From: Albugo candida
Lineage: Eukaryota
NCBI GenBank assembly: GCA_040437565.1
Contig: JBDOQK010000001.1
Span: 806,001-870,000 of the forward strand
Reading direction: 5' to 3'
Length of the DNA stretch: 64,000 nucleotides
Positions 48,792 through 60,740 of this stretch are shown here, piece after piece (within the stretch, counting starts at the first letter, position 1; each line of letters begins with the position of its first letter). The notes under the pieces are model-generated. The model did not search any database. It saw only the letters and a program-made list of their open reading frames with translations, and was not told the origin of the DNA. A program made the position numbers and the translations under genes.

Positions 48792-51612
48792 AATCAGGTC
48801 ACTTGTATACTTTTATACACAAGATCATTCTGTTTCTTACGCTGTTTTTGTTTATATTGTTCTAGCGTAGGTACGTTTTTTTTCCTGATATCTATAAATG
48901 GTAGGTTAATAGTAGATACGCTAAGGAGTAGGATGTTAGGAAGGTGGCTGTGTTGACTTTGGAGGAAAGAGGATAGTAGTAGAGGCGATTTTATTTAGCG
49001 TTTTTTTCTCATTGGCCATGTGTTCTCACAACCAGCCATGCTAAACCTAATCTGAAAGTGGACAACCGACAGCGGTTTTAAAAAACGGTCCACCCGGAAC
49101 CGAAATCAACAGGCTGCTGCAGTTGAGAATCTTCGATGGAATTTTGTTCAATTGTTGCGAGATATTGACTTCGGCTCTGTGCACTGACGAGGCACGCTGC
49201 AGATGAACGTCGGTGTCCCGTTTGATGACAAGCACCGCACGTCGGCGCCTTCCTCTTCCTGGGAGGCATCCCCTCCACGTATTCAAATTGAGAAGGGTCT
49301 CGTCGCGTCGAGTTTTTTTACCGTTCTGCTTGGTTTTCCTCTCGTTCGAGCAACCTCCGGCTCTTCAATGACTTGTGGTGTTTGCTTATTTAAACAGCGC
49401 TAGTACCCATTAAAATATCAAACAAAAAAGAAACAATCGCCCACAACTACCTGTGATATCTCTTCCAGATCGTCCAAGACTGCCTCTTTCTGGTGTCGAG
49501 GTAGGTTGCTGAAATTGTCGCGCAATTTTTCGAAAAGGACTGGCAAAGCATCATCTGGATGGCCTGCAACTGGAGGTCGTACTGAAGAGAGTTGATGAAG
49601 GTACCAATGAACATCGAATCCGCTCAGTTCAAGCCTCCTCCCGCTTGCGATGATCTGCCGCAACTGATACTCGCAAGGTATCTCCCAGATGGTAGAAAAA
49701 GTAGAAGAGCATGGCTTCGTGCTGGTTGCCAATGGACGTCAAGCTTTTCCAGCTGTCATTGCGAAACTCAAGTGATTGGAAAAAACACGTAGGAAGAAAG
49801 TAATAATATAAACTAACCGGTTCAAAGACTTTCCGAAGGGCGTAATATGAGATCTTCCGGTTGATATGTTAAATATATCACTACGTAGGGTCGGCTGCGC
49901 GAAAGGTATAATGTTCATTGGCTGCTTCGCCAGTTCTGTGGTGAGTTCGATCTGAAAGCTTTTTATGGACTGAACGTTCCGCTCGCAACACCCAAACAGA
50001 TTTTCCATGCTGCTTGCGATAGAATCTTTCACGACATTGTGGGCACCTTCCCCGCGTGAAGGGACTGTGTGACCGAAGTGCCGCATCAAATTTGTCCATG
50101 CTCGAACGAATTTTTCCTTGTGGGGATCGATCCACGTCTTGGCTAGATACTCCACAGATTCCGTGTAACGTTCTGTCCATATGAGCTGGAACATTTCCCA
50201 ACTTTCATTGAATTCCGCGATCGCGTTTGAGTAGACCACCTGCACAACAAGGAATACCTTAGAACATGAATAAAAGTTACTGATCACAAACAACAAATGG
50301 CATGTCACCGATCTCCAATCCTTCGAAAATGCTTTCCACTCATCATTCTTTCCAGTAAAACGGATCTTGCATTTGGCGACGACGTTCATCTCAATATGCC
50401 AAATGCAAAGCAGGATAGTTTCCAAAGGAAAAATTCTTTGCAAAGCGTTCATGAGAGCAAGCTCTCGGTCAATAACGAATACTTTCGATTGATGGTCGGC
50501 GTGGAAAAGTCGTCGCAAAAAGTTGATGGCGGTAACATACGAGTCAGCATCCTCGTTCTTCAAGAAAACGAAGGCCGCCGAGAACGTGGAATATAGTATG
50601 GTATTTCCAGCAACGTGGAGCAAAGAAAATCTCGTCTTGCTTGCTTTATAGATGCAATCTAGCAACCAAGACGTCACAGTTCTTTTTTAAGAAATCCACA
50701 TTCTTCGAATGAGCGAAGAAAAAATGTGTGATGCGGCCATCGGAATCTTTCTCGATATTTATTTCGAACCCTAAGTCCGTGAAGGTTTCGAACAGCATTT
50801 CAATTGGAGCTCGTCCATCGAGTTTCCTAATTGCATTCTTTTGCTTCAAATTCCAGAGCTTTCGCTTAGTGAGTTGCAATTGCTGGCCTTGCTCTAGCAT
50901 GATGGTTTGAACCTGCCTAACTTTCACACCGGACTGAAAGAGTCCAGCAATTTCTTCCTCTTGAGACTCCGAGATGCGAGTGTGAACGGGATGAGCGGTC
51001 CTGGCGGTGCAAAGTACGTGGTCATGCTCGTTGCATGTAATTGTAAAGGACCAGGTGCCGTCTGTAATTGGGAGAAGATTGTTAATGAGAACGTTGAATT
51101 CTCGGTGAACTCATTCAACCATGATGCATGGCTTTACCTTTCACTCCTGCCCAACACCTATGAAAGGACAGTCAATGAGTGCACTGCCTTTCGCCTTGCA
51201 AACCCTTGTTTCTTGGACAAGTTCGTGACGGTTTCGATCTACGCCTCCACGATCGCCTTTGTAGTGAACAACTTGTCGTCCATCTCGTTGCCTGTATGAG
51301 GACTTGGTGACGATTCCATAGCCATTTGCAGCAGCTACCACATTAATATGTTCTTCCATGGTCTTCCGCGCGGTGAATTGCTCGTTCTGCTGCTTCTCTA
51401 TGTCCGTGCCTGCTGAGAGTGCTGCGGATATCTAGTGAATGAGCTTGTGTATAAAAGTATACAAGTGACCCGATTGNNNNNNNNNNNNNNNNNNNNNNNN
51501 NNNNNNNNNNNNNNNNNNNNNNNNNNNNNNNNNNNNNNNNNNNNNNNNNNNNNNNNNNNNNNNNNNNNNNNNNNNNATGAGCTTGTGTATAAAAGTATAC
51601 AAGTGACCCGAT
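48792..51612 (-). mobile_element. Mutator-like (MULE) DNA transposon, defective, with terminal inverted repeats
   Basis: TIRs at 48792-48830 and 51437-51475 (39 nt, 2 mismatches); the right TIR is repeated after the gap. Frameshifted transposase has a FAR1-like N-terminus, MULE core (LLDCIYK...FVIDRELALMNAL...LLCIWHI), SWIM-like segment and zinc knuckle CGACHQTGH. Confidence 0.9.
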
Positions 51613-52899
51613 TGGCTGGCATACTTAGTAACAATTCAATTTTGTGAGCTGTGATTGGTTAAATCAATTGTCGGTGGCCGTAGTAGTGTTGTCTGTGGCC
51701 ATAGCAGCTCCCATCATTTAAATATGGTCGAATGAACTCTAGGTCCATCGACTGGACTACCGACCAGCGCTTGACCGTACAAGAATGGATAGGATGTCCG
51801 AGAAGCGTCTGGATGACGATGTAAAGGGTGCCTGTCAATATAGCGCTTTTCCGATGGCTGGATATGTTGAGAAGCAAGAATATTTTTGAATGAATTGCAG
51901 AGCAGTAGACCTACTTCACCTCGGGATAAAAGCAATTGCAAGAATAAGTAAACCAGAATGATCAGATTGAGGAAATGATAGCAATTGTCTTGTAGAATAA
52001 CAAAGTTGACAATTATAGCAGCCAGCTTACAGTCGTAGCAGGATTACTAAGGAGCAAAACCGAAACTTGACAGAGGTATAGCAGTATCATGATTAAGGCA
52101 AGGACTTCTGCCCAATGAATTTTTTGCTGTATTGTAATAGACCGTTCAAAAGCATAAACTATATTGATTATATCATAACGCTAGCTTTATATCACACTCC
52201 ACTATAATCGGGTAATACTTGCGTCGTACACCAATTACAGGATCAAGAATCTCATAAGATCAGAATTACCGCTTTTGGAAGAGAGCGAGTTCGCTCAAAC
52301 ATTCCCAATGTAGAAACAGAAGCTGAGTGGATTTAACCATCGGATTAAATGTTTTACATTGCATCATAACGTAAAGACAAAGGAGGCGATGTACAAGAAG
52401 GGGGCGTACCCACGCCAATTGCCATTTACAATTAAATAAATAAGCTTAGTTGGGCCAAATTGGAGGAATATGAGCGCTCTGTCATCCTGGTTACCTATCA
52501 GAGACTGAGAGCCATCCGTCTTGAATCAACGTGCTCTTCCACGAGTAGTTCGAATCCAGGACTTTTGGATTTCATGGTCGACCTGATGAATTGTCTCCTA
52601 TAGCTTGGCTCAAGTACATCCTGGGTGAGTTCCACGTCTCTCTTTCTGTATGAATGTTTCGCCCAATGATAACGCTCTCATAGTAAGGTTTCGGGAACCT
52701 TTTGATGGCCACGATTGGATAATATTTCGGGAATGTGTCGAACAAGTCCGTTATGGTATCAATCTAAGTCCGGCCGTCGAATCGGTTGGGTCTCTTACTG
52801 ATCGAAGTAAGCTTCTAATTTATCAAGCCTTTTCCAAATATGGAACCAGCCGCATGGCCAAGGAAGTAGAATCTCTCAAGGATGAAGAGCTTCCTTCCA

Positions 52900-53877
52900 C
52901 GGCAAATATGCTTCCAGCAGAAGAAGTAGGAAAGACTTTTGCAAATGTCCAGAGCTCTTGCTACCACCTGTCATAATAGCTTGATAAATATGAATCAAGA
53001 AGTGCACATGTCCATGAGATGGAGCCATACACGAAGCAAAGAAATATCTTCGAATGCTTAAACAACATAACGTCGCATTTTTCAAAATCTTACAACCGTT
53101 TTCATTTGCTACACTACTACTTGTGTCTACCTACAAGCTGTCGACTCCCTCTATCCACATTGTAATCTTTCGATGCGCACAACTACAATGTGTATGCAAC
53201 CCCGTAACTCACAGACAATTTCACCCCTTCCGCTCACGTGAAAAAGCCCTCGAGTAGCAGGAAGGAAAAGGCAAAAATTTGGCCACCCTTAAGAGGATGA
53301 AAGCAAGACTGTAGGAACCACAGCTGCTCGAACAAGAGCTCGTTCGAACAAGACCTCGAGTCATTTCCAAGCGTATCAGCTGCTATGAATGAATTTAGTC
53401 TCCACTATCCAGGAGCAATGCAACTCAATCAAAAAGCAGCAGCAGGAAGAAGCTATGCATTCGTGACGAGGTAAGGAGGCGATTCTTGACCAGCAAGCTT
53501 GTTTAAGAGGTATCAACACGAATGAGTGCAAGAGGACAAACTGACTCCTTTCCATAATTTAAAACCGAAAGAACATAACTCGAGAGACGGGTTGAGTATT
53601 CCTGGAAGCCTGTATCGAATTTTTTTCTCCTCCAGCTGCAAGGATCGATATGCTCCAAATCTATGAACCTATAATTTATCCGGGTCTTTTTCCTCTTCCG
53701 AGGTACCGCCACCATCTCCTCCTTGTACAGCTTAGACATAACTGAATCAGAACCTTCTCCACCTCTGTTTGTTTGTCTTCGAAATCACCCTTTTCAGCTT
53801 TTTGGTTCTGTTTTACCCCGTCCGAATCATCTAAAAAAGCGGCATTGCTTACAGTCTCCTTGTCATCTTCTTCGATC
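52900..53877 (-). repeat. Right arm of diverged inverted duplication
   Basis: Reverse-complement homologue of 34103-35310. It includes the relic leader MLFKHSKIFLCFVYGSISWTCA. Confidence 0.88.
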
Positions 53878-55485
53878 NNNNNNNNNNNNNNNNNNNNNNN
53901 NNNNNNNNNNNNNNNNNNNNNNNNNNNNNNNNNNNNNNNNNNNNNNNNNNNNNNNNNNNNNNNNNNNNNNNNNNNNNCACCAAGGGGTCGAGTACTCGCG
54001 ATTCTAACAATTCATCCGGCATCCGATCACCATTGCGACCTGCGTTTTCGAAATCAATCAGAATGTAGGAATCGCCTCCCAAACACAAAATATTTGGCCA
54101 GCGGATATCCCTATGCACATATCCCAGTGCATGCAAACCAACAAGAGCACGAGCGACGCAAATTAACGCAGGGATCAGCTCCAAATCATTTCTTGGTAGC
54201 TTTGTAAAACCCACTGGATGCAATTTAAACTTTCGTGCGTATCTATCATAGTCGCAACGAACGGTACACTGAATTTGGTTCCGTCCTATTGCGTCATAAA
54301 TAGCCATTACTGATTCAAAATCGCAAGGGTCTTGGTTGAGTTTTTTTAGCAAGTGGTCTTCGTAAAGTGTTACACTTCCGCTGCTTCTTGATAGTTGCTT
54401 ATACATCGGCAAAATTCCGTCTGGTAGTAGAGATTGGTAATGGTTGAGGATCCGACAAATGTTGATCGATGATACAACACATCGGATGCGATTCTGTAAA
54501 ATTGTCAAATTGAGCTGCTGTGATATCACATTGACATTTAACGACCGATCTATGACCAAAAATTGCACCCATGAATTGGCCGCGGCATATGCAAATAGAA
54601 ACGGCATCTTTCCAAATACGGGCGAGGGCATCTTTGTCATTTTTGCAATCACTTCGACCTTTGCTTTATCCAGCTCTAGAGGCCCTTTTTCTTCTCCCTT
54701 CATAACCAAAACATTATTCAGCCACAGTAGGAAGTCTGGTCGCTTTGAACGTTTCGTAGTAGATTTATCGATTTGATTTCTTCCAGCTAGAAGAGGTATT
54801 TTCAAAATAGATGCCGTCTCTTCAATCGGATTTCGAATCAGCATATCCCACCATTGAATATTTGCACTTTCAGCGTCCGAAAACGTAAAAAGTCGATTCA
54901 GAACATTTTCAAATACATTTGCTTCGATAAATTTGACTTCAGATTGCTCGGAAAGCGCCGGCCACGCATCAATCAATCTTTTTTTTCGGTCGGGTATTTT
55001 ATAGGGAGGGGGGATGAGATAAACGCTTCCACCTTTTTGAAGGTATTAAGGGCACTCATGTCCACATCTCGCAATTTCTCCGTATAAAGAGGTGTGATAT
55101 CTTCACGCACTTTTTGACGTTTCCAAGCATTTGCTGGCAACTGAACCAGCACATGGATTTCTTCAACTTGAACGTTTTGATCAGAGAAGCGATGCAACCG
55201 GAGAGGCGAATCCATGAACGATTTCGCATTCATGTAAGAATCTTTGATTTCCTGCGGGCAATCTTCCTTGGATAGCTGAGGGCGAGCAGCGTCATCTAAC
55301 CTGAGAAAGTCGCCGTTTTTCTTCGCCAAATTAAGTGTCAGCTGATAGGGGTCACACTGTAATGTATGCACCATCTGTTTCGCAATTTCTTCTTTCAAAA
55401 AGCTAACTTGCCAACCATGATCGATCTTGCAAGAAAATACCGCTCCATGACCAAGAATAAGACACGTCAAGGTCAACTCCACCAT
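53503..55485 (-). CDS. Crinkler (CRN) effector with REase-like and kinase C-terminal domains; frameshift in A8 run; spans N gap
   Basis: Header with LTLNLAKK (LFLAK variant) and IHVLVQLP, a PD-(D/E)xK-like motif (RPDF...KGEEK) and kinase motifs HRDIRWPNIL and LIDFE. Split at 54979-54986. The 3' end is uncertain; an NLS-like PRKRKK lies near 53690. Confidence 0.88.
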
Positions 55486-57066
55486 TGCTCTCTGGTTTTA
55501 CTTTTTACAAATTTCAGTGATTGGTTTTTCCTTTTTGAATTTCAGGTATCTGTTATTCTGTCATCATTCACGCATTATTTCGCTGAGCATGCGCTAAAAC
55601 TTGAAATGTCGTCGCAAGGAGCCACGTTGTACAGCTTAGGGAGAAAGAGACGTTTATCGTCTATCTAGCAGCATCTATTGAGCTGTGACACAAGTTTTTA
55701 TCTCTGTTTTGTCGACAATTCTTGAAAGACTACATGAAAACTTGAGTGCAATACGAATGCTTGATATACTGCTAGGAAAGACTCAGTGGTAATCTTAAAT
55801 GCTAATTCTAGCGAAATAAGCGCTCAGGACTACAGAGAAGTGGTTGATGTTTTCAACGTTATCTCCAAAAGACGGAAGTCAAATCGTTGATAAACTCTCA
55901 GTTTCAACAAAGAATAGAGGAGGTTTGTAGGGCGTATCAATATCAGATATTGCGCTGATTTATGATGGAGCAATTTCGCAATACAGACTCGAGATGTCGT
56001 CGCACATACTGAAATATTGGTCATCGGTGTTACTACATTTCTATCCAATATGCGAGCTGATGGACAAGAGAATATCCATACAAGCTTTCATGGTTGATAT
56101 ACTACAAATAGGTAGCTTGAACCAGGGGATGCACGGGACTATCTCATGTATTCAAAGAGAAAAGTGGATAGTTTCGATCGAAACCAGCAAAAAAGATGAT
56201 AATTCATAATTGGCCCCATTCACTGATTAGTGAGTAAGGACTTGAAGCACTAACTCAAACACACCATACGATCTTTGATACGGGTCAGCACTTTTTTTCC
56301 ATTTACGAGTTCGCTTAACTTGTGTATAGCGGTTGAGAGAAGCAGATCAGCAGATCTAATCATATTAAACTGAGGGAATTTTAACGGTTCCCTGAATTTA
56401 TTGGCTAATAATGGGCAGACTGAACATCTTATTCGCAGAGTCAATCATCGAATTTAGAAAAAACCGACAAAGCCATATTTTTGTAGGAGTGTGATGTACG
56501 GTACCCCGAGGAGCTCAAAATTGAGATGTAAGTAAGTTGTAGTCCTTCGACTTTTAGTCGAAATAATCACAAAAATAAGCCGCAACCTCTTTGACTCGCG
56601 ACCGATCTTGACATCATAGATCTAATTTTTATCGTTGAATAAAATAATGGCATCACTGTATACACTTGATGGTAGTGTCCGTTGACGACGTTTAAAAGCA
56701 ATACTAGTGCCGCAATCACTTAAATTATTATCCAACCAGAATCTCTCACTCGACACAATGTAATTTTTGCTATCCTGTTGTCGGATTAGATTTGAAGCTT
56801 GAAAACTTCTTTGCAATTCTTGGTTCTGCATATAGCCAGCTATCCATGCATTCGGAGTTTAGAGTGACCATACGATGACATCTCTTTCCGTCGCAACTGC
56901 GAACACAGTTCATGTCGAGAATGTAGCCGTGTAAGAAAAGGTGGCGTTCTTGTGCTGCGTAGTTTTNNNNNNNNNNNNNNNNNNNNNNNNNNNNNNNNNN
57001 NNNNNNNNNNNNNNNNNNNNNNNNNNNNNNNNNNNNNNNNNNNNNNNNNNNNNNNNNNNNNNNNNN

Positions 57067-57296
57067 CAGAATCTCTCACTCGACACAATGTAATTTTTGC
57101 TATCCTGTTGTCGGATTAGATTTGAAGCTTGAAAACTTCTTTGCAATTCTTGGTTCTGCATATAGCCAGCTATCCATGCATTCGGAGTTTAGAGTGACCA
57201 TACGATGACATCTCTTTCCGTCGCAACTGCGAACACAGTTCATGTCGAGAATGTAGCCGTGTAAGAAAAGGTGGCGTTCTTGTGCTGCGTAGTTTT
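57067..57296. repeat. Direct duplicate of 56737-56966 across N gap (assembly overlap)
   Basis: Identical restart at an offset of 330 nt. Confidence 0.88.
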
Positions 57297-57567
57297 GATT
57301 CTTTCATCTCATCAGCGTCATGCTGAGTAGTAACGCGCGATGATTAAAATCGAAATTTGATTCGTCACTTGTCACGAATCACTTTGCATTAATAGCCCTT
57401 ACGTATGCAGTATTACATATGAGACCGCTTTACTTTGGACNNNNNNNNNNNNNNNNNNNNNNNNNNNNNNNNNNNNNNNNNNNNNNNNNNNNNNNNNNNN
57501 NNNNNNNNNNNNNNNNNNNNNNNNNNNNNNNNNNNNNNNNTGGACTATTACTGAATGCTGAGACTCA

Positions 57568-60500
57568 ATGGATGCTTCCACCGTGCGAAGTCTGACACCA
57601 CCTTGGAGATCATCTAAAGACGTATATGATTATGAGATGGATTCTGGGACTAATGAAGTAGCTTCTCAAGAAATAGGAAATGCGCGGAGCGGAATGAATG
57701 ACAGAAAATGCTTGACTCCATCTACATTGCAACACACAAATCCAGCGCAACGTGAGCGAGACAATGAGCGTCGCCTTGATTTGATGGACCTCTCAACAGA
57801 TCAAAAATCGCATTGTCGGGAACTTGGAAAATCGCTGAAAAGCAGGACTTCAGAGCTCAACGCGCGTACAGCCAATCACTTGGTTCACAAGGCGAACGGT
57901 GATTCAAAAGGTGACGCAAGTCAGGATTGGGAAGATGCTAGTCGCTCACCAATTATGGAGAATACCACGTACCCTCACGAAGATGCAGTCTATGCGCTTC
58001 GTAATATCGAAGTAGATGACGATACAGCTTGCATGGAAATCGCAGATGCAGAGCTTTTTCAGGCTGCTGTTATCGAACACGCTACAGTTCTGGGTATTGA
58101 TCCGGAAGTTGAATATGATTTGCTATGGGTCGCAAAGGAGTCTTTGATCGCGCCGCTTCCGGAAGGCTGGCATGCAGTGACATCTACTGATAGTGGAGAA
58201 CCTTACTACTATAGCGAGATCACCGGAGAAAGTCGCTGGGATCACCCTTGTGATGAGCAATTTCGTCAACTTTATCTTGATTTGAAGGATAGAAAAAGAT
58301 TGGATGCAACAGCTTCACACGAAGGGAGTCCTGAGCAACTTTATAATTCCGAACAAGATCATCGATATGATACCGATCTACAGGTGGATTCGGCGCGGAA
58401 GTTCCGGCAGCATAATGATTCAACCTGTGAATTGAGCACTTATTCATCGTTCGCATCGATCAAAAGGAATCAGAAGTCACTCGGGTGGTTTACTGATCAG
58501 ATTTCAAAAGATGAACAGAATACTTTAGAAGAGGTAGAAGAACAAAATGCAGCTCTACGGAATACTCTGGTAAGACATTCACGACGCATCATGGAATTCA
58601 ACCTTGCTGATGAGAGCATTCTTTCTGGATCAGGTCGCCTTGAATCGTACGCTCGAGATTCAGGAAAATGAACTCGCCATATCATCACAAGAGATCGTAA
58701 AGCAGAAGGAGCAAAATTTAAAACTAGAATCAAAAACGAAGAATTTCATGTTAGAGATAACTCACCTACAGAGTGAACTCAAGTCGATGCGTCATGGAAA
58801 TATAGCAACAGGAAGAGCTGATCTGACGGACTCGAACGATCCATACCCTACCGCTCATTCTAATGACTTGGACATTGTGCACTCGAAACACATAGCTGCT
58901 GAAATCGATTGTCTGAAAGGAGCCTTGATAATGCAGGAGAATGCACAGGAAGGAAGGTTGAGAAAAGCCGAAGATGAACGCAAAAGCCTGATTGAAGCTC
59001 ACTCAAAGACAACCGAGAAAATTCTCAATGACCAAAAGCTTCAAGAACAATCAGTGCAAGCTCATACGAGTGAATTGATCGAGCAGATAAAATTGCTTCA
59101 AACAAAAATCAAGCACATGGAGTTTGAAAAGCGAGATTTGGAAGAAATAAGGGCGCAAGATGAAGCGGCATCCAAAACATTGCGCCTAAGCCTCGAGGAA
59201 AGAGAAAAGGTTTCAAGGCTCGCTCACAATACACTCCAGTCTGAAGTTGGCGAAATGCGGTCCATCATCCAGACTCAGAAGGCAGACCTCATCGCTGCGA
59301 ATAATCAGATCACAAGTCTGTTACAACAGCGAGAGAAACATGATCTCCTTATTCGACAGGCTTACGACAGTGGTTTCGAGGAGGCCAAACGAACAAGCTC
59401 AGCTTTGGTTGAAGAATTCAAGATAGAAAAACAACGAGCGGCGGATCTTTACACTCAAGAGCTTCGAAATCGCAGAAAGCTACACAACCGATTAATGGAA
59501 TTGCAAGGCAACATTCGTGTCTTTTGTCGTGTTCGACCCATTTCGGCGATTGAAGTCAAGTCCGAAGAAGTGGCCCTCGCTGTTGCCTTCCGTGATCAGG
59601 ATCCACAGGCTTTAGAATTACATATCGGATCCGGTACAAGTAATGACGGTAGTACTGACGCGAATACTTCTGTATCCCCAGGGTATGTCCAGAAGCATGT
59701 ATTTGAATTTGATCATGTCTTCCAGCCAAACTCTAGTCAAGCTGATGTTTTCGAGCAAACACGAGATTTGATAGTTAGTGCTTTGGACGGATTCAATGTT
59801 TGCATATTTGCCTATGGCCAGACAGGTTCCGGTAAAACATACACAATGGAAGGCTGCGAAGATAATCAAGGCGTCAATTTTCGAGCTTTACAGGAGCTCT
59901 TCCGAATTCGCGGCGAACGACTAGCCACCGGGAATGTCGACTGTAGCATCAAGCTGAGCATACTCGAAGTCTACAATGAAACAATCATAGATCTTCTGGG
60001 TACTGGCTTGGATACAGGCAGAAGGGGTCTTGACATCCGTGTTGGAAAGCAAGGCATTCACGTCGAGAATTTAAAGGAAGTGGAAGTTTTTGGAGAAGCA
60101 GATATATTGGCAAGTATGAAATTGGGACACTCGCACCGAAGCGTAGGGTCTCATGATATCAACGAGCACTCGAGTAGGTCACATTTAGTTCTCTCAATAA
60201 AAATCGAGACGGTACTAAAGTCTGAGAATCGACGACTTCATTCGACACTCCATCTGATTGATCTTGCTGGATCGGAGCGTGTGAGTAAAACAGCAGCAAG
60301 CGGGCAGCGCTTGAAAGAAGCTCAAAATATCAATCGTTCGTTATCAGCTCTGGGAGACGTGATATCCGCATTGGGGTCAAATAGTAAACACGTTCCTTAT
60401 CGAAATTCCAAACTTACTTTTCTCCTTCAGGATTCCTTGAGTGGGAACTCAAAAGTTTTGATGTTTGTGAATGTGAGTCCGGTGCAATGGAATGCCTGGG

Positions 60501-60652
60501 AGTCTCTATGTTCTTTGAACTTTGCATCACGATGTCGGTCGATTGCTCTTGGGCATGCGAAAGCCAATAACACGCCTACCTGCGCGGTCGGTGGTTCATT
60601 GGGGGCACATAGCGTTAATAGTGGGAATCCTCATACGAGCTTTAGGTTATGA
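57568..60652 (+). CDS. Kinesin-14 (C-terminal motor) with N-terminal CEP164-type WW module
   Basis: A phase-0 GT-AG intron at 58570-58633 joins the two ORFs. WW module: LGIDPEVEYDLLWVAKESLIAPLPEGW...YYY...SRWDHP. Coiled coil, neck RRKLHNRLMELQGNIRVFCRVRP, P-loop GQTGSGKT, SSRSH and DLAGSE follow. Confidence 0.9.
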
Positions 60653-60740
60653 AATAGTTTTTAAAGAAAAGTACTTTTGAGCTTGAATCGATATCACATA
60701 ATAAAACAAAGCAAATCAATGCCTTCGAGAGCAAGATAGC

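Noticed and set aside
52548-52557. B-box-like GTTCGAATCC
   Set aside because: No matching A-box or cloverleaf upstream.
55800-57300. Possible decayed gene upstream of the right CRN, or an outward extension of the inverted repeat
   Set aside because: No recognisable motif, and no visible homology to 31640-33770.
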